NCBI GenBank assembly: GCA_041391465.1
Contig: JAWKNX010000014.1
Span: 14,958 to 78,957, forward strand
Length of the DNA stretch: 64,000 nucleotides
Reading direction: 5' to 3'
Source of the DNA: Bdellovibrionales bacterium
Lineage (GTDB): Bacteria > Bdellovibrionota > Bdellovibrionia > Bdellovibrionales > UBA1609
This document shows positions 16,536-25,143 of the stretch, one piece after another (the first letter of the stretch is position 1; every line of letters starts with the position of its first letter). The position numbers and the translations under genes are program-made. The notes beneath the pieces are model-generated. The model saw only the letters and a list, made by a program, of their open reading frames with translations, ran no database searches and was not told where the DNA came from.

Positions 16536-17222
16536 ATGAATGAAGCCTCGGAATTATCATATCTTAAGAAAAAAATCGCGGAAGTCCTTAGTCTTGATAT
16601 TGATCTCAATGACGATCTCTTTAGATTAGCTTCGATTGTCAATTTAGCACAAGGTCAAGTTCTCTTTACCCAAGGAGAGTTAGCTCAGAACTGTTTTTTA
16701 ATACTTTCGGGGAGCTTGAGAATTTCCTTAAAAATAAATAGTTCAGAATCTACCGTTGCAATTCTTTCGAAAGGAGAATTCGGTGGCGTCTTGTTAATGA
16801 GCAACAGCTCTTCATATTTTCCAGGATCTGTGATAGCTTTAACTCAATCTTGCGTACTCTTAATTCCAAAAGAAACATATGTTACTGCCTGGACAAGAAA
16901 CCCCAAGGCCTTAAACATAATTAATAATTGTGTTCATAAAAGAATGCAGTACCTGCAGGAAGATAAAGCACTCCAACAATTAGATGTGGAAAATCGTCTG
17001 ATTGCTTTTCTACATAGGCACTATCTTGAAAAGAAGGACTTGATATCAAAAAAAATTACTCGTAAAGATATCTCCCTAGCCATCGGTGCTAAAACGGAAA
17101 CAGTTATTAGAGCCTTGAAAAAGCTTGAACGAAATGGTCTCGTCAAAACAGAAAAATCAGTGATAAGCATTTTAGATAGATCATATTTTACGCGTGCGAT
17201 GAATTATGAGAGCAGAAAATGA
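16536..17222 (+). CDS. second Crp/Fnr-family regulator, Dnr/NnrR-like
   Basis: Beta-roll plus HTH RKDISLAIGAKTETVIRALK. No N-terminal Cys cluster. Confidence 0.8.
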   Translation: MNEASELSYLKKKIAEVLSLDIDLNDDLFRLASIVNLAQGQVLFTQGELAQNCFLILSGSLRISLKINSSESTVAILSKGEFGGVLLMSNSSSYFPGSVIALTQSCVLLIPKETYVTAWTRNPKALNIINNCVHKRMQYLQEDKALQQLDVENRLIAFLHRHYLEKKDLISKKITRKDISLAIGAKTETVIRALKKLERNGLVKTEKSVISILDRSYFTRAMNYESRK

Positions 17223-17841
17223 TCTCGTTAACTTCTTTAAAAATGAACATGACGTTCTAATAAGCTGTTTCGAAAAACATTTCTCAATTGCGAAGTCTTC
17301 TTACAATTGGAAGTCGCTATATTCAATTTGTAAGTCCCAATTCGAAGAGAATCACCATGCAAAAGAAGAGCAATTTATCTTCGATGCCGTTAGGAATAAC
17401 AGCAAAATCAAATCCGGTGGCCCACTCTGCACCTATTTCTTTGATTTTCACATGACAAATCCATCACTTCGTCGCGCCATGGAATCAACAAAGAAACTGA
17501 CGGACCTCAATCTTGAGCCGGAATGGTCTCTGCAGATGAAAGAGATAAGGAATCTCAATCTTCCCCTAGTAATTCCAGGCGAGGACCATGAAGCAGGAAG
17601 AATTATTCTTCGGGGTATAGAAAACCTATTTTCACGAGGGCCTTCTGATCAGATTCACGCGAACATTGAAATTTTATTCAAAACATACATTGATATTCAG
17701 AAGGAGCACTTTGATCGCGAGGAAAACTGTTTTTTCATAATGTGTAAACAATTAATTTCACCTGAGAAGTGGGAGCAAATCTATGTCAAAATGTGTAGTC
17801 AGTACCCAATAATTTCAGATACTAATTTAACTATCACTTAG
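17206..17841 (+). CDS. hemerythrin-like (HHE cation-binding) domain protein
   Basis: Repeated His/Glu motifs: NEHDVL, NHHAKEEQFIF, DHEAGR, KEHFDREEN. Overlaps the crp2 stop. Confidence 0.55.
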   Translation: MRAENDLVNFFKNEHDVLISCFEKHFSIAKSSYNWKSLYSICKSQFEENHHAKEEQFIFDAVRNNSKIKSGGPLCTYFFDFHMTNPSLRRAMESTKKLTDLNLEPEWSLQMKEIRNLNLPLVIPGEDHEAGRIILRGIENLFSRGPSDQIHANIEILFKTYIDIQKEHFDREENCFFIMCKQLISPEKWEQIYVKMCSQYPIISDTNLTIT

Positions 17842-17852
17842 CTGCGAAAAAA

Positions 17853-18431
17853 TTATTTTCCCTTATCTCTGGACAGCGCGGCTTCCAAAGCCCTCACCAA
17901 TGGCTCCGAACTCGAATTCAGACTGTTTATCGAAGCCAAAATTTCTCCCTTCGGATTAACCAGTGTAATTACATTGCTATGAGAAAAATCACCCTCTCCA
18001 ATGCTCTTATAACTAATTCCTAAAACAACAGCCAATTGCCGCGCATCGCCCTCTGATTCCGCAGCAAGCATTTTCCATTGAGAAGGGTCCAATTTTCGTA
18101 AGGCCTGATACTTCTTCAGACTTTCTGGCCTGTCATTTGCGACGTCAAATGAAGCTAAAGTAAATTTCAAACCGTTAAAATTTTTTTTGCTGAAGTCTTT
18201 TTCGATACTTTGCAGCTTCGATATTGTCATTGGGCAGGCGTGAGCACACTTTGTATAGATCATCGTGATCAAAGTATATGAACCTGCGTTAACTGAAATT
18301 CCTGTTTTTGAATTCGCTGTGTCCCGCCAGTTTGTTTTGAGATCGTACAAGGACTCTGCCATAGCCGTTAAGCCTACAGAAGTAAAAATTGCAACAAGTG
18401 TAACGATTTTTTTTAATTCTATAGTTTTCAT
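17853..18431 (-). CDS. SCO1/SenC-family copper chaperone
   Basis: Signal/anchor, thioredoxin fold with CAHACP (CxxxC) and a downstream conserved His (FSHSN). Confidence 0.8.
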   Translation of the reverse strand: MKTIELKKIVTLVAIFTSVGLTAMAESLYDLKTNWRDTANSKTGISVNAGSYTLITMIYTKCAHACPMTISKLQSIEKDFSKKNFNGLKFTLASFDVANDRPESLKKYQALRKLDPSQWKMLAAESEGDARQLAVVLGISYKSIGEGDFSHSNVITLVNPKGEILASINSLNSSSEPLVRALEAALSRDKGK

Positions 18432-18447
18432 ATACTCCTAACTTTCT

Positions 18448-19212
18448 TCATTTTGCACATCGAAATCCCAAGTTCCATATCGAACTCTTTCCTTTCAATC
18501 CCGATCTGAAGGCGAAACGCATAAAAGCTGCATAGTTTTTCTTATCAGCGGAAGAAAGTGCTCCCGCTCCACAAAACATGTCTTTGTTAAATGATCCGTC
18601 TTCGCGACTTTCACCAGTTACAAAGTTTGAATTAAAGTCGTCAACCCACTCCCAGACGAGTCCATGCATATCCCAAACTCCGTAGATATTTTTATAGATA
18701 CTGCCGATATCTTTTAGTCTTTCTCCCTGCGGCTCTCCATACCAATTCAAAATTCTTCGCAAAAAATTTTCCTCTTTGTTTGCATCTTTTATTTCTTCCG
18801 ATGCCGCGGCAACGTATTCCCACTCGTTTGTGGTCGGTAGTCTTAGGCCCTTAGATTTGCAGTACGCCCGTGCTGCAAACCAAGATACGCATGTAATGGG
18901 AGCCTTGGGGGGCAAAGAATCTAGGTCATTAAGATAGTAGTCGTCTTTAAACAGTCCGGACACCCTTTCTTTGGTCCATTCAGGATTGTCATTCAAAAAT
19001 TTTTTGAATTCCCCAACCGTTACTTGATGATCCTGTATTCTAAATTCTCGAATATGAATGACAGGCTTGCTTAAAGGTTTTTTAGTTTTTTTAGAAACAG
19101 GCGTGAGCCAAAACGCTTCAATTTTTCCGGATGGAACGACCACAAGATCAGCAGCTTCTGTAAAACTGATTGAAAATAAAGTTAATAAAAAGCCGCCAAT
19201 AAGCCACATCAT
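18448..19212 (-). CDS. nirV: formylglycine-generating-enzyme-fold protein, NirV-like
   Basis: FGE-sulfatase motifs (ITCVSWFAARAYC, RLPTTNEWEY, HGLVWEWV). Lies immediately downstream of nirK, as nirV does. Confidence 0.7.
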   Translation of the reverse strand: MMWLIGGFLLTLFSISFTEAADLVVVPSGKIEAFWLTPVSKKTKKPLSKPVIHIREFRIQDHQVTVGEFKKFLNDNPEWTKERVSGLFKDDYYLNDLDSLPPKAPITCVSWFAARAYCKSKGLRLPTTNEWEYVAAASEEIKDANKEENFLRRILNWYGEPQGERLKDIGSIYKNIYGVWDMHGLVWEWVDDFNSNFVTGESREDGSFNKDMFCGAGALSSADKKNYAAFMRFAFRSGLKGKSSIWNLGFRCAK

Positions 19213-20628
19213 TTAGTGCTCGCCTGGTTCTTCTTTTTTAACTGGGACCGCGCTTACTTCTGATTTTTTAAAAGTCTTCTTTTTATTTCCCCAAGAATGC
19301 GAAATGTATGTCAAAACATTTGCAATGTCTTCGTCGCTCATTCCAAGAGCCGGCATCACCCCGTTGTAAGGAGCCCCATTCACAGTAATCGCTCCCTTTT
19401 TTCCATTTTTAACAACATCAATGGCTCGCTTCCAATCCGCATTGAAGTAGTCTGAATTGGCAAGAGGGGGAAAGGCACCAGGAATTCCCTTACCGTCCAT
19501 CTGATGACAAGCAGCACAGTTTTGTTGGTAAACGTTTTTACCGAGCTTCAGCTGATCCTCTAAATTCAGAGCTTTCGAGATAACTTCTTTGTCAGTCACC
19601 TTTTGAATTGCACCGCCCTCAGGCAAGTACACATTATCAGCCGTCTTACCCGAGTAAATTTCTTTATTTTCAGGTCCTTCGACTTTCATCAAACCTAAAG
19701 AGCCCTTGTTGAAAGTTCTAAATATCGAATGGTCCACCAATACTAAATTACTGGGAACCTCTACTTTGTATTCAACTATTGCCGATCCACCGGCCGGCAC
19801 CAGAGTCGTTTGTATATTTGTATTAAATTCCGAAGATCCCTCTCGATAGACTTTATCAAAAATTTCGCCAATGACGTGAAATGACGAGACCAAGTTGGGT
19901 CCACCATTTCCCACATACAATCTAATAGTTTCACCGACCTTTGCTTTTAATGCATTCTCACCTGTCATCGAACTTGTCGATCCATTGAAAACAACATACG
20001 TTGGTCTTTCGTCTATTGCTTTCTCCATATCAAAAGGTTGATAGCCTTGCTTTCCAAATTTACCTTTCGTATAGAAGTCGCCCTGCATGACATAGTATTC
20101 CCGATCAACCTTTGGCATACCCTCTTTAGGCTCTACCAAAATTAAACCATACATGCCGTTCGCAATATGCATTCCAACAGGTGCAGTAGCACAGTGATAA
20201 ACATACAGACCTTTGTTTATTGCCTTAAATGAAAAAACGCTTTCATGACCAGGCAAGGTTAGTGAAGCTGCCGCGCCACCACCCTGTCCGGTCACTGCAT
20301 GTAAGTCGATGTTGTGTGGCATCTTAGAGGAAGGATGATTTTTAAGATGAAACTCAATGGAATCACCTTCCCTAACGCGAATGAAGCTTCCAGGGACAGT
20401 GCCACCAAAAGTCCAAAAGGTATAGTCGACGCCATCAGCAATTTTCATTTTCTTTTCGATAACCTCAAGATTAACAATCAATTTTGCGGGTGATTTTCTT
20501 GTTATTGGTGGAGGCACGTTTGGAGGTGCTGTCAAAACTGCGATCCCACCGGTCTCTGCTGAAACAGCGAATGCTATGGTGTGTATCAATGTTGTCAATA
20601 CAACTAATGCTAAATTATTTTTCTTCAT
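19213..20628 (-). CDS. nirK: copper-containing nitrite reductase fused to a C-terminal c-type cytochrome
   Basis: [16 protein letters not shown] and [20 protein letters not shown] (type 1/2 Cu ligands). C-terminal roughly 100 aa has CAACH. Confidence 0.9.
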   Translation of the reverse strand: MKKNNLALVVLTTLIHTIAFAVSAETGGIAVLTAPPNVPPPITRKSPAKLIVNLEVIEKKMKIADGVDYTFWTFGGTVPGSFIRVREGDSIEFHLKNHPSSKMPHNIDLHAVTGQGGGAAASLTLPGHESVFSFKAINKGLYVYHCATAPVGMHIANGMYGLILVEPKEGMPKVDREYYVMQGDFYTKGKFGKQGYQPFDMEKAIDERPTYVVFNGSTSSMTGENALKAKVGETIRLYVGNGGPNLVSSFHVIGEIFDKVYREGSSEFNTNIQTTLVPAGGSAIVEYKVEVPSNLVLVDHSIFRTFNKGSLGLMKVEGPENKEIYSGKTADNVYLPEGGAIQKVTDKEVISKALNLEDQLKLGKNVYQQNCAACHQMDGKGIPGAFPPLANSDYFNADWKRAIDVVKNGKKGAITVNGAPYNGVMPALGMSDEDIANVLTYISHSWGNKKKTFKKSEVSAVPVKKEEPGEH

Positions 20629-20707
20629 ATCTTATACTCCGATCATGAGTAATCAAATGATCACCTAACACAATAGTAAGTATAAGACGCATTGGAGTCA
20701 TTCAGAT

Positions 20708-20721
20708 ATGATCGAGATCAT
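20708..20721. promoter_or_regulatory. FNR/Dnr-type box ATGATCGAGATCAT
   Basis: Palindrome centred about 86 nt upstream of the nirK ATG. Confidence 0.55.
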
Positions 20722-20868
20722 GTGTGGAAAATAAATTACAAACTAAAGCCCAAGCAAACTTTTAGAATCACATGATTTTTTTAATTGGATCTACAAACTT
20801 TGGACTTAAGTCTAACAAACGATTTGTACATTCATCTCATTATGTAACTGCTCACTTTTTATCGAAAC

Positions 20869-20906
20869 TTAAAAAACAGGGGGTCCAATCTTTGGACTGT
20901 ACCCCC
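20869..20906 (-). terminator. rho-independent terminator after nrdD
   Basis: Minus strand: GGGGG..GTCCAA-AGA-TTGGACCCCC hairpin followed by a T6 tract, about 25 nt after the nrdD stop. Confidence 0.6.
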
Positions 20907-20928
20907 AAGAAATCTTTTTAAATTTTTG

Positions 20929-22755
20929 CTAAATCGAGATTTGCGACTCTACTTCAACTCTTTTTGAGAAAGCTCGATGGTACGCCCGACGTTCATGCTC
21001 TTTTCTTCTTCCCGCTCCAAAGGAAGTGACTCGTTTAAGGTATCCGATGACCCGAGTTGCATAGTCAATATTCACTGAACCGCACTCACTACACGAATAT
21101 GTAGTTCGTTTATCTATATGATCGCAATCGTTGCAAATGGTGCTTTTTACGTTGGTGCAAAAGTAATTACAACCACTGACTGCAGCCAATCTGATTATTT
21201 TTTCATACTGCAACTTCGTTAGAGACTCGTCCAGATTTAGGTGCAAGGCGGAGCCTCCATCGAGAAAACGAGTCATTCTTTCACCATGGAGTTCGAACTT
21301 CTCAAGCGGATTTATTTCGATGTCCTCTACGCGGTAAAAGTATGAATTATAGCAATCCCGCGAGACTTGATATCCATCCTTTTTGTCCCAAGCCGCATTC
21401 TTGACCCCTAGATTTTCGGCAGGAACAAACTCGGTGTTGAATTTGTAGCCTGTCTCCGTAGCACGACTTCTGTTTAAGTCATAAATTGTCTTCAACTGAT
21501 TGGATACAAAATCTAAGTATTGGGCGTTGTTTGAGATATCGTATCCAAGGTATTCCGCTGCCTCAACCATGCCATTAATACCAATAGTTAGATATTGTTT
21601 ATCTAGGGAGATAAAACCTGCGTCGTAAACTGTTAACAAACCAGCGGATTTAAATTCCTCCATCAGCTTTCTATAGGCAATTTGGTAATTTTGAACTTTT
21701 GATATCTCAAATGTAAGGTCTCTTCCATCCTGAATAAGGCGATTAAAATTTAAAGTAATAACATTTATACTCCCTGTCGCCACGCCGCCAGCACCCAAGG
21801 TGTATGAAAATTCTTTTGATGAAACCTCACTTCGAAGACGACAGCAGCTAGCGAGACTATCGGCACTTTCTGAAAGATACATAAAGAACGAGTTTCCTTG
21901 GGAAAGCTCTTTTGAGCACAAAGAAAGATATTCTTTATCTCTTGGCTCTTTTCCGTCAGTGAGCATAGCTACGGTGACTACTGGAAAGGTAAGTATCGAC
22001 TTTTTTCTTTCGTCATTAAACCAACGAAGAAAAAATTTTTGCAACTCATTTACTGAGGACCAATTTGGGCTATCTCCATCAGGAAAAACGAAGTTCTCAA
22101 ATAGAGATTCAAAATAGTAGCGATCATATACCGAAATATTCCAAAAAACAGACTGATATCCGCGGGCGGCAGCAGGTTGGTTGATTGAGTACACAACTTG
22201 CTGCATATAAGAGGAAACCTCAGTCGAGAAAGATTTCAAGTAATTATCACCGAATTGTTTGCGCGCGAAATAGTCGAAATATGCGAGAAACTCAACTGTT
22301 GCTACCGCACCGGCAAATTGTGAGCTTACTGCAAATACAAAGTTAATAAACGTACCGCAAAATGAACCAAGGTGCTTTGGCGCTTTAGATTCGCCGCCAA
22401 GCTTAGTTAATCCATCAATGAGCAAGGGGTACATGCTGACTGAAACACAATACGGTTTTAATGAAGTCTCGTCGTGAACGTATATTTCATGCTTTTCAAT
22501 TTGTCGTACATATTCAGCTGCCAATTCTGGAGAAAAAAGTTCAGCAATTTTTCTGGATACCATTGCCCGATTGATTTGAATATTAATGTCTTTATTGATT
22601 TCGGCTTCGAGGGTAGCAATATTTTTCGTTGTAACATTCGCATTTGCGTCAAGCTTCGAGCCATCCGCTGCATTACCAGCTTTTAAGTACTGATCTATAA
22701 ACTCAAGTTTATTATTCAATTGTTTAGTATCTAGTCGAATCATGATCCCCTCCAT
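20929..22755 (-). CDS. nrdD: anaerobic ribonucleoside-triphosphate reductase (class III)
   Basis: 608 aa. C-terminal Zn site CNDC...CSEC and glycyl-radical motif ATRVIGYLKRV. Confidence 0.9.
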   Translation of the reverse strand: MEGIMIRLDTKQLNNKLEFIDQYLKAGNAADGSKLDANANVTTKNIATLEAEINKDINIQINRAMVSRKIAELFSPELAAEYVRQIEKHEIYVHDETSLKPYCVSVSMYPLLIDGLTKLGGESKAPKHLGSFCGTFINFVFAVSSQFAGAVATVEFLAYFDYFARKQFGDNYLKSFSTEVSSYMQQVVYSINQPAAARGYQSVFWNISVYDRYYFESLFENFVFPDGDSPNWSSVNELQKFFLRWFNDERKKSILTFPVVTVAMLTDGKEPRDKEYLSLCSKELSQGNSFFMYLSESADSLASCCRLRSEVSSKEFSYTLGAGGVATGSINVITLNFNRLIQDGRDLTFEISKVQNYQIAYRKLMEEFKSAGLLTVYDAGFISLDKQYLTIGINGMVEAAEYLGYDISNNAQYLDFVSNQLKTIYDLNRSRATETGYKFNTEFVPAENLGVKNAAWDKKDGYQVSRDCYNSYFYRVEDIEINPLEKFELHGERMTRFLDGGSALHLNLDESLTKLQYEKIIRLAAVSGCNYFCTNVKSTICNDCDHIDKRTTYSCSECGSVNIDYATRVIGYLKRVTSFGAGRRKEHERRAYHRAFSKRVEVESQISI

Positions 22756-23100
22756 GAAGAAAATAATAGTTAAGATTTTCGTTTGTTTTTAAATTAATTA
22801 ATTTTTGATTTGTAGTGGGCGAGGTCAATGGGCCGAAATTTGCTAGGTACGGTCCATATTTTAAGTAATCGAGCAGGTTCAAAATCGGCTGACCTACTTG
22901 TTGCATTTCGAGCCCTGTATACAAGGCTGTTTTTAAATCATAAGACTTTATACGATTTAATAACTGCTCTAATCCAGACTCATCCCATTCGCCTCCAAGA
23001 AATAGAACACAGGATATATATTCTCTATATTTTTCAAGATCTTTATCTAGCGACTCCAACGTAAGTTCTTGACCAGAAAATGAAGACCACAAATCACTTG
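22724..23100 (-). pseudogene. nrdG: nrdG (class III RNR activase), C-terminal fragment cut off by IS insertion
   Basis: ...DLWSSFSGQELTLESL...LFLGGEW... continues in frame from the N-terminal fragment at 24652-24760 once the IS and one CACTTG copy are removed. Confidence 0.85.
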
Positions 23101-24651
23101 GGCCTGTTGAAAAACCCTACGTGTCGAAGGTTGCCAAAAATTTTATAAATCAAAAAACTCTTTGAAAATCTTCGACGGAGTTTTTTGATATGCAAGGTCA
23201 TCAATCGTACCAGCCTCAGCTTTTTTCTGTATTCAATATGGAAGACCTGATTCCGCCGAGTCATTTGTTGCGCGAAGTTGACAAAAAGATTGATTTTGAG
23301 TTCGTCCGAGAAATTACAGCTGAGCTTTATTGCGCAAATAATGGTCGCCCATCAATTGATCCAGTTTTGTTTATTCGTATTTGTTTATTGATGACGCTCT
23401 ATAATATTCCCTCTGATCGTCAGGTCTGTGAAGAAATTCGGTATAACCTAGCTTACCGTTGGTTTTGTAGGCTTTCGATCGAAGACGAGGTTCCTGATCA
23501 CTCGAGTCTCACGCGCATTCGTGACCGTCTTGGCGAAGAGACGTTCAAAAACATTTTCGATCATGTCGTAAGACTCTGTATCGAGAAGGGGTTTGTCAGT
23601 GGAGAAAAGGTCATGATGGATGGCTCTTTCATAAAGGCCGATGCTGCATTAAACTCGCTGGTTCCGAAAGAAACTGATGCGCCCGAGAGCAACGTCGTCG
23701 ATATTATAGGAAATAAACCATCAAAATATATCAAGGGGAAAAAGTTTTCGAACGAAACACATGTGAGTAAAACAGATCCCGATTGCGCCCTTGCTGGAAA
23801 AGTTGGTGAGCCCAAACGTCTTCGTTATAAAGTACATGAGACTATAGACCGTGATAGCCGAGTTATTCTTGATGCACATATTACTGATGGCAGCGAAGTT
23901 GATGGAAAACAGATGTTCAGCCGTATCGATCATATCGAAGAAACATTTGGCGCGATGATCGCAGAGTTCACAGGAGATCGCGGTTATGGCTACGGAGCCA
24001 ATTTACAAGAATTGGAAAATCGGCAGATAAAGTCATTTGTTCCAAACTTTCATGCCGATGTCGGCGGCCACCTTGAAGACAAAGGGTTTAGGTACAATAA
24101 AGAAAAAGATACCGTCACGTGTCCCGAAGGCCTTGAGCTGGAGTTTAGTGTTATGGCGGATTCGAAGCGGGAAAATGATAGCTGTCGAATTTTCACAATG
24201 AAGAAGGGCAAATGTCGAACTTGCCCGAGGCTCGCGCAGTGCCTACCAAAATCACCGGAGGCAGAACAAAGTTACAGAAAGAGAATTACGGTAAACCTTC
24301 ACAATGAAATTCAAGAAAAGACTAAAGCCCGAGAAAAGAGCTGGGAGTTCAGATTGGTTCGGGGCGAACGACAATGGAAGATGGAGGGTATTTTTGCCGA
24401 AGCAAAAGATAACCATGGTTTAGATCGCGCTCGATACCGCGGGCGAGCGAAAGTTCAAATCCAAGCGTACATGATTGCAGTGGTGCAGAATATCAAGCGC
24501 ATGATGGGTAACGGCCCGGTAGCCGAAATAGGACTACGACTGGCCGCGAATGCGGCTAGGCCGATCGGCCAAACCAAATTTGGTGAAAAACTGCGAATAT
24601 TTTTTCAAATTTTTTTGAATCCTTGTTTTGCCTGACGTTTTTCAACAGGCC
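23101..24651 (+). mobile_element. IS1182-family insertion sequence (1551 bp) with 6-bp target-site duplication
   Basis: Terminal inverted repeats GGCCTGTTGAAAAAC (15/15) at both ends. CACTTG is duplicated at 23095-23100 and 24652-24657. Single transposase ORF. Confidence 0.85.
23190..24635 (+). CDS. IS1182-family (IS5-like DDE) transposase
   Basis: 481 aa. N-terminal GRPSIDPVLFIRICLLMTLYNIPSDRQ...YNLAYRWFC...PDHSSLTRIR (InsH-type N-domain). C-terminal DDE region ending ...RARYRGRAKV. Confidence 0.85.
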   Translation: MQGHQSYQPQLFSVFNMEDLIPPSHLLREVDKKIDFEFVREITAELYCANNGRPSIDPVLFIRICLLMTLYNIPSDRQVCEEIRYNLAYRWFCRLSIEDEVPDHSSLTRIRDRLGEETFKNIFDHVVRLCIEKGFVSGEKVMMDGSFIKADAALNSLVPKETDAPESNVVDIIGNKPSKYIKGKKFSNETHVSKTDPDCALAGKVGEPKRLRYKVHETIDRDSRVILDAHITDGSEVDGKQMFSRIDHIEETFGAMIAEFTGDRGYGYGANLQELENRQIKSFVPNFHADVGGHLEDKGFRYNKEKDTVTCPEGLELEFSVMADSKRENDSCRIFTMKKGKCRTCPRLAQCLPKSPEAEQSYRKRITVNLHNEIQEKTKAREKSWEFRLVRGERQWKMEGIFAEAKDNHGLDRARYRGRAKVQIQAYMIAVVQNIKRMMGNGPVAEIGLRLAANAARPIGQTKFGEKLRIFFQIFLNPCFA

Positions 24652-24760
24652 CACTTGAATGGCATCCAGCACATCTCAAGGGGCATCCTGTTATCTGGTA
24701 CGCCAATGAAATTTCTGTGGGGATTTCTTGAAATACTATCTGACGGCTACTATATCTCAT
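24652..24760 (-). pseudogene. nrdG: nrdG N-terminal fragment carrying the radical-SAM Cys motif
   Basis: Own translation: MRYSSRQIVFQEIPTEISLAYQITGCPLRCAGCHSS, then it runs into the IS end. CxxxCxxC is the activase cluster motif. Confidence 0.8.
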
Positions 24761-24860
24761 GTACTCATTACAGGGCAGCCACTACAGGTAGTCAATTTAC
24801 TGAAAACAATATCGACCTGCGTATGATTAGCGTCAGATACGGGTCTAGCTCGACGCCAAT

Positions 24861-24986
24861 TTAGCTTGCGCCAAGCAAGCATAAACCGCACATTCCCAAT
24901 GTCGCCATAAAGATACCCATTGCCGCCGCTGATACCAACACAAGTCCAGTAAAACTAGAAATCACTATATGTTTAACTAAGGTCAT
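24861..24986 (-). CDS. possible 41-aa hydrophobic peptide upstream of nrdG
   Basis: Own translation: MTLVKHIVISSFTGLVLVSAAAMGIFMATLGMCGLCLLGAS. AGGAGA Shine-Dalgarno upstream. Too short for the ORF track. Confidence 0.3.
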   Translation of the reverse strand: MTLVKHIVISSFTGLVLVSAAAMGIFMATLGMCGLCLLGAS

Positions 24987-25080
24987 AAGCTCTCCTGTGA
25001 ATTTAAGTGTAACCTGATAGGACCTATATTCTTATGACTCCCGTCATACCAGTGACCTTCCCCCTAAAAATTGAATGATA

Positions 25081-25094
25081 CTGATTTAGATCAT
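25081..25094. promoter_or_regulatory. FNR/Dnr-type box CTGATTTAGATCAT
   Basis: Between the nrdJ pseudogene stop and the small-ORF/nrdG/nrdD unit, about 100 nt upstream of the small ORF. Confidence 0.55.
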
Positions 25095-25143
25095 AGCTGC
25101 TTCTTCGTAATTTAGCCCTACCATTTCTTGACGATCAACGGCC

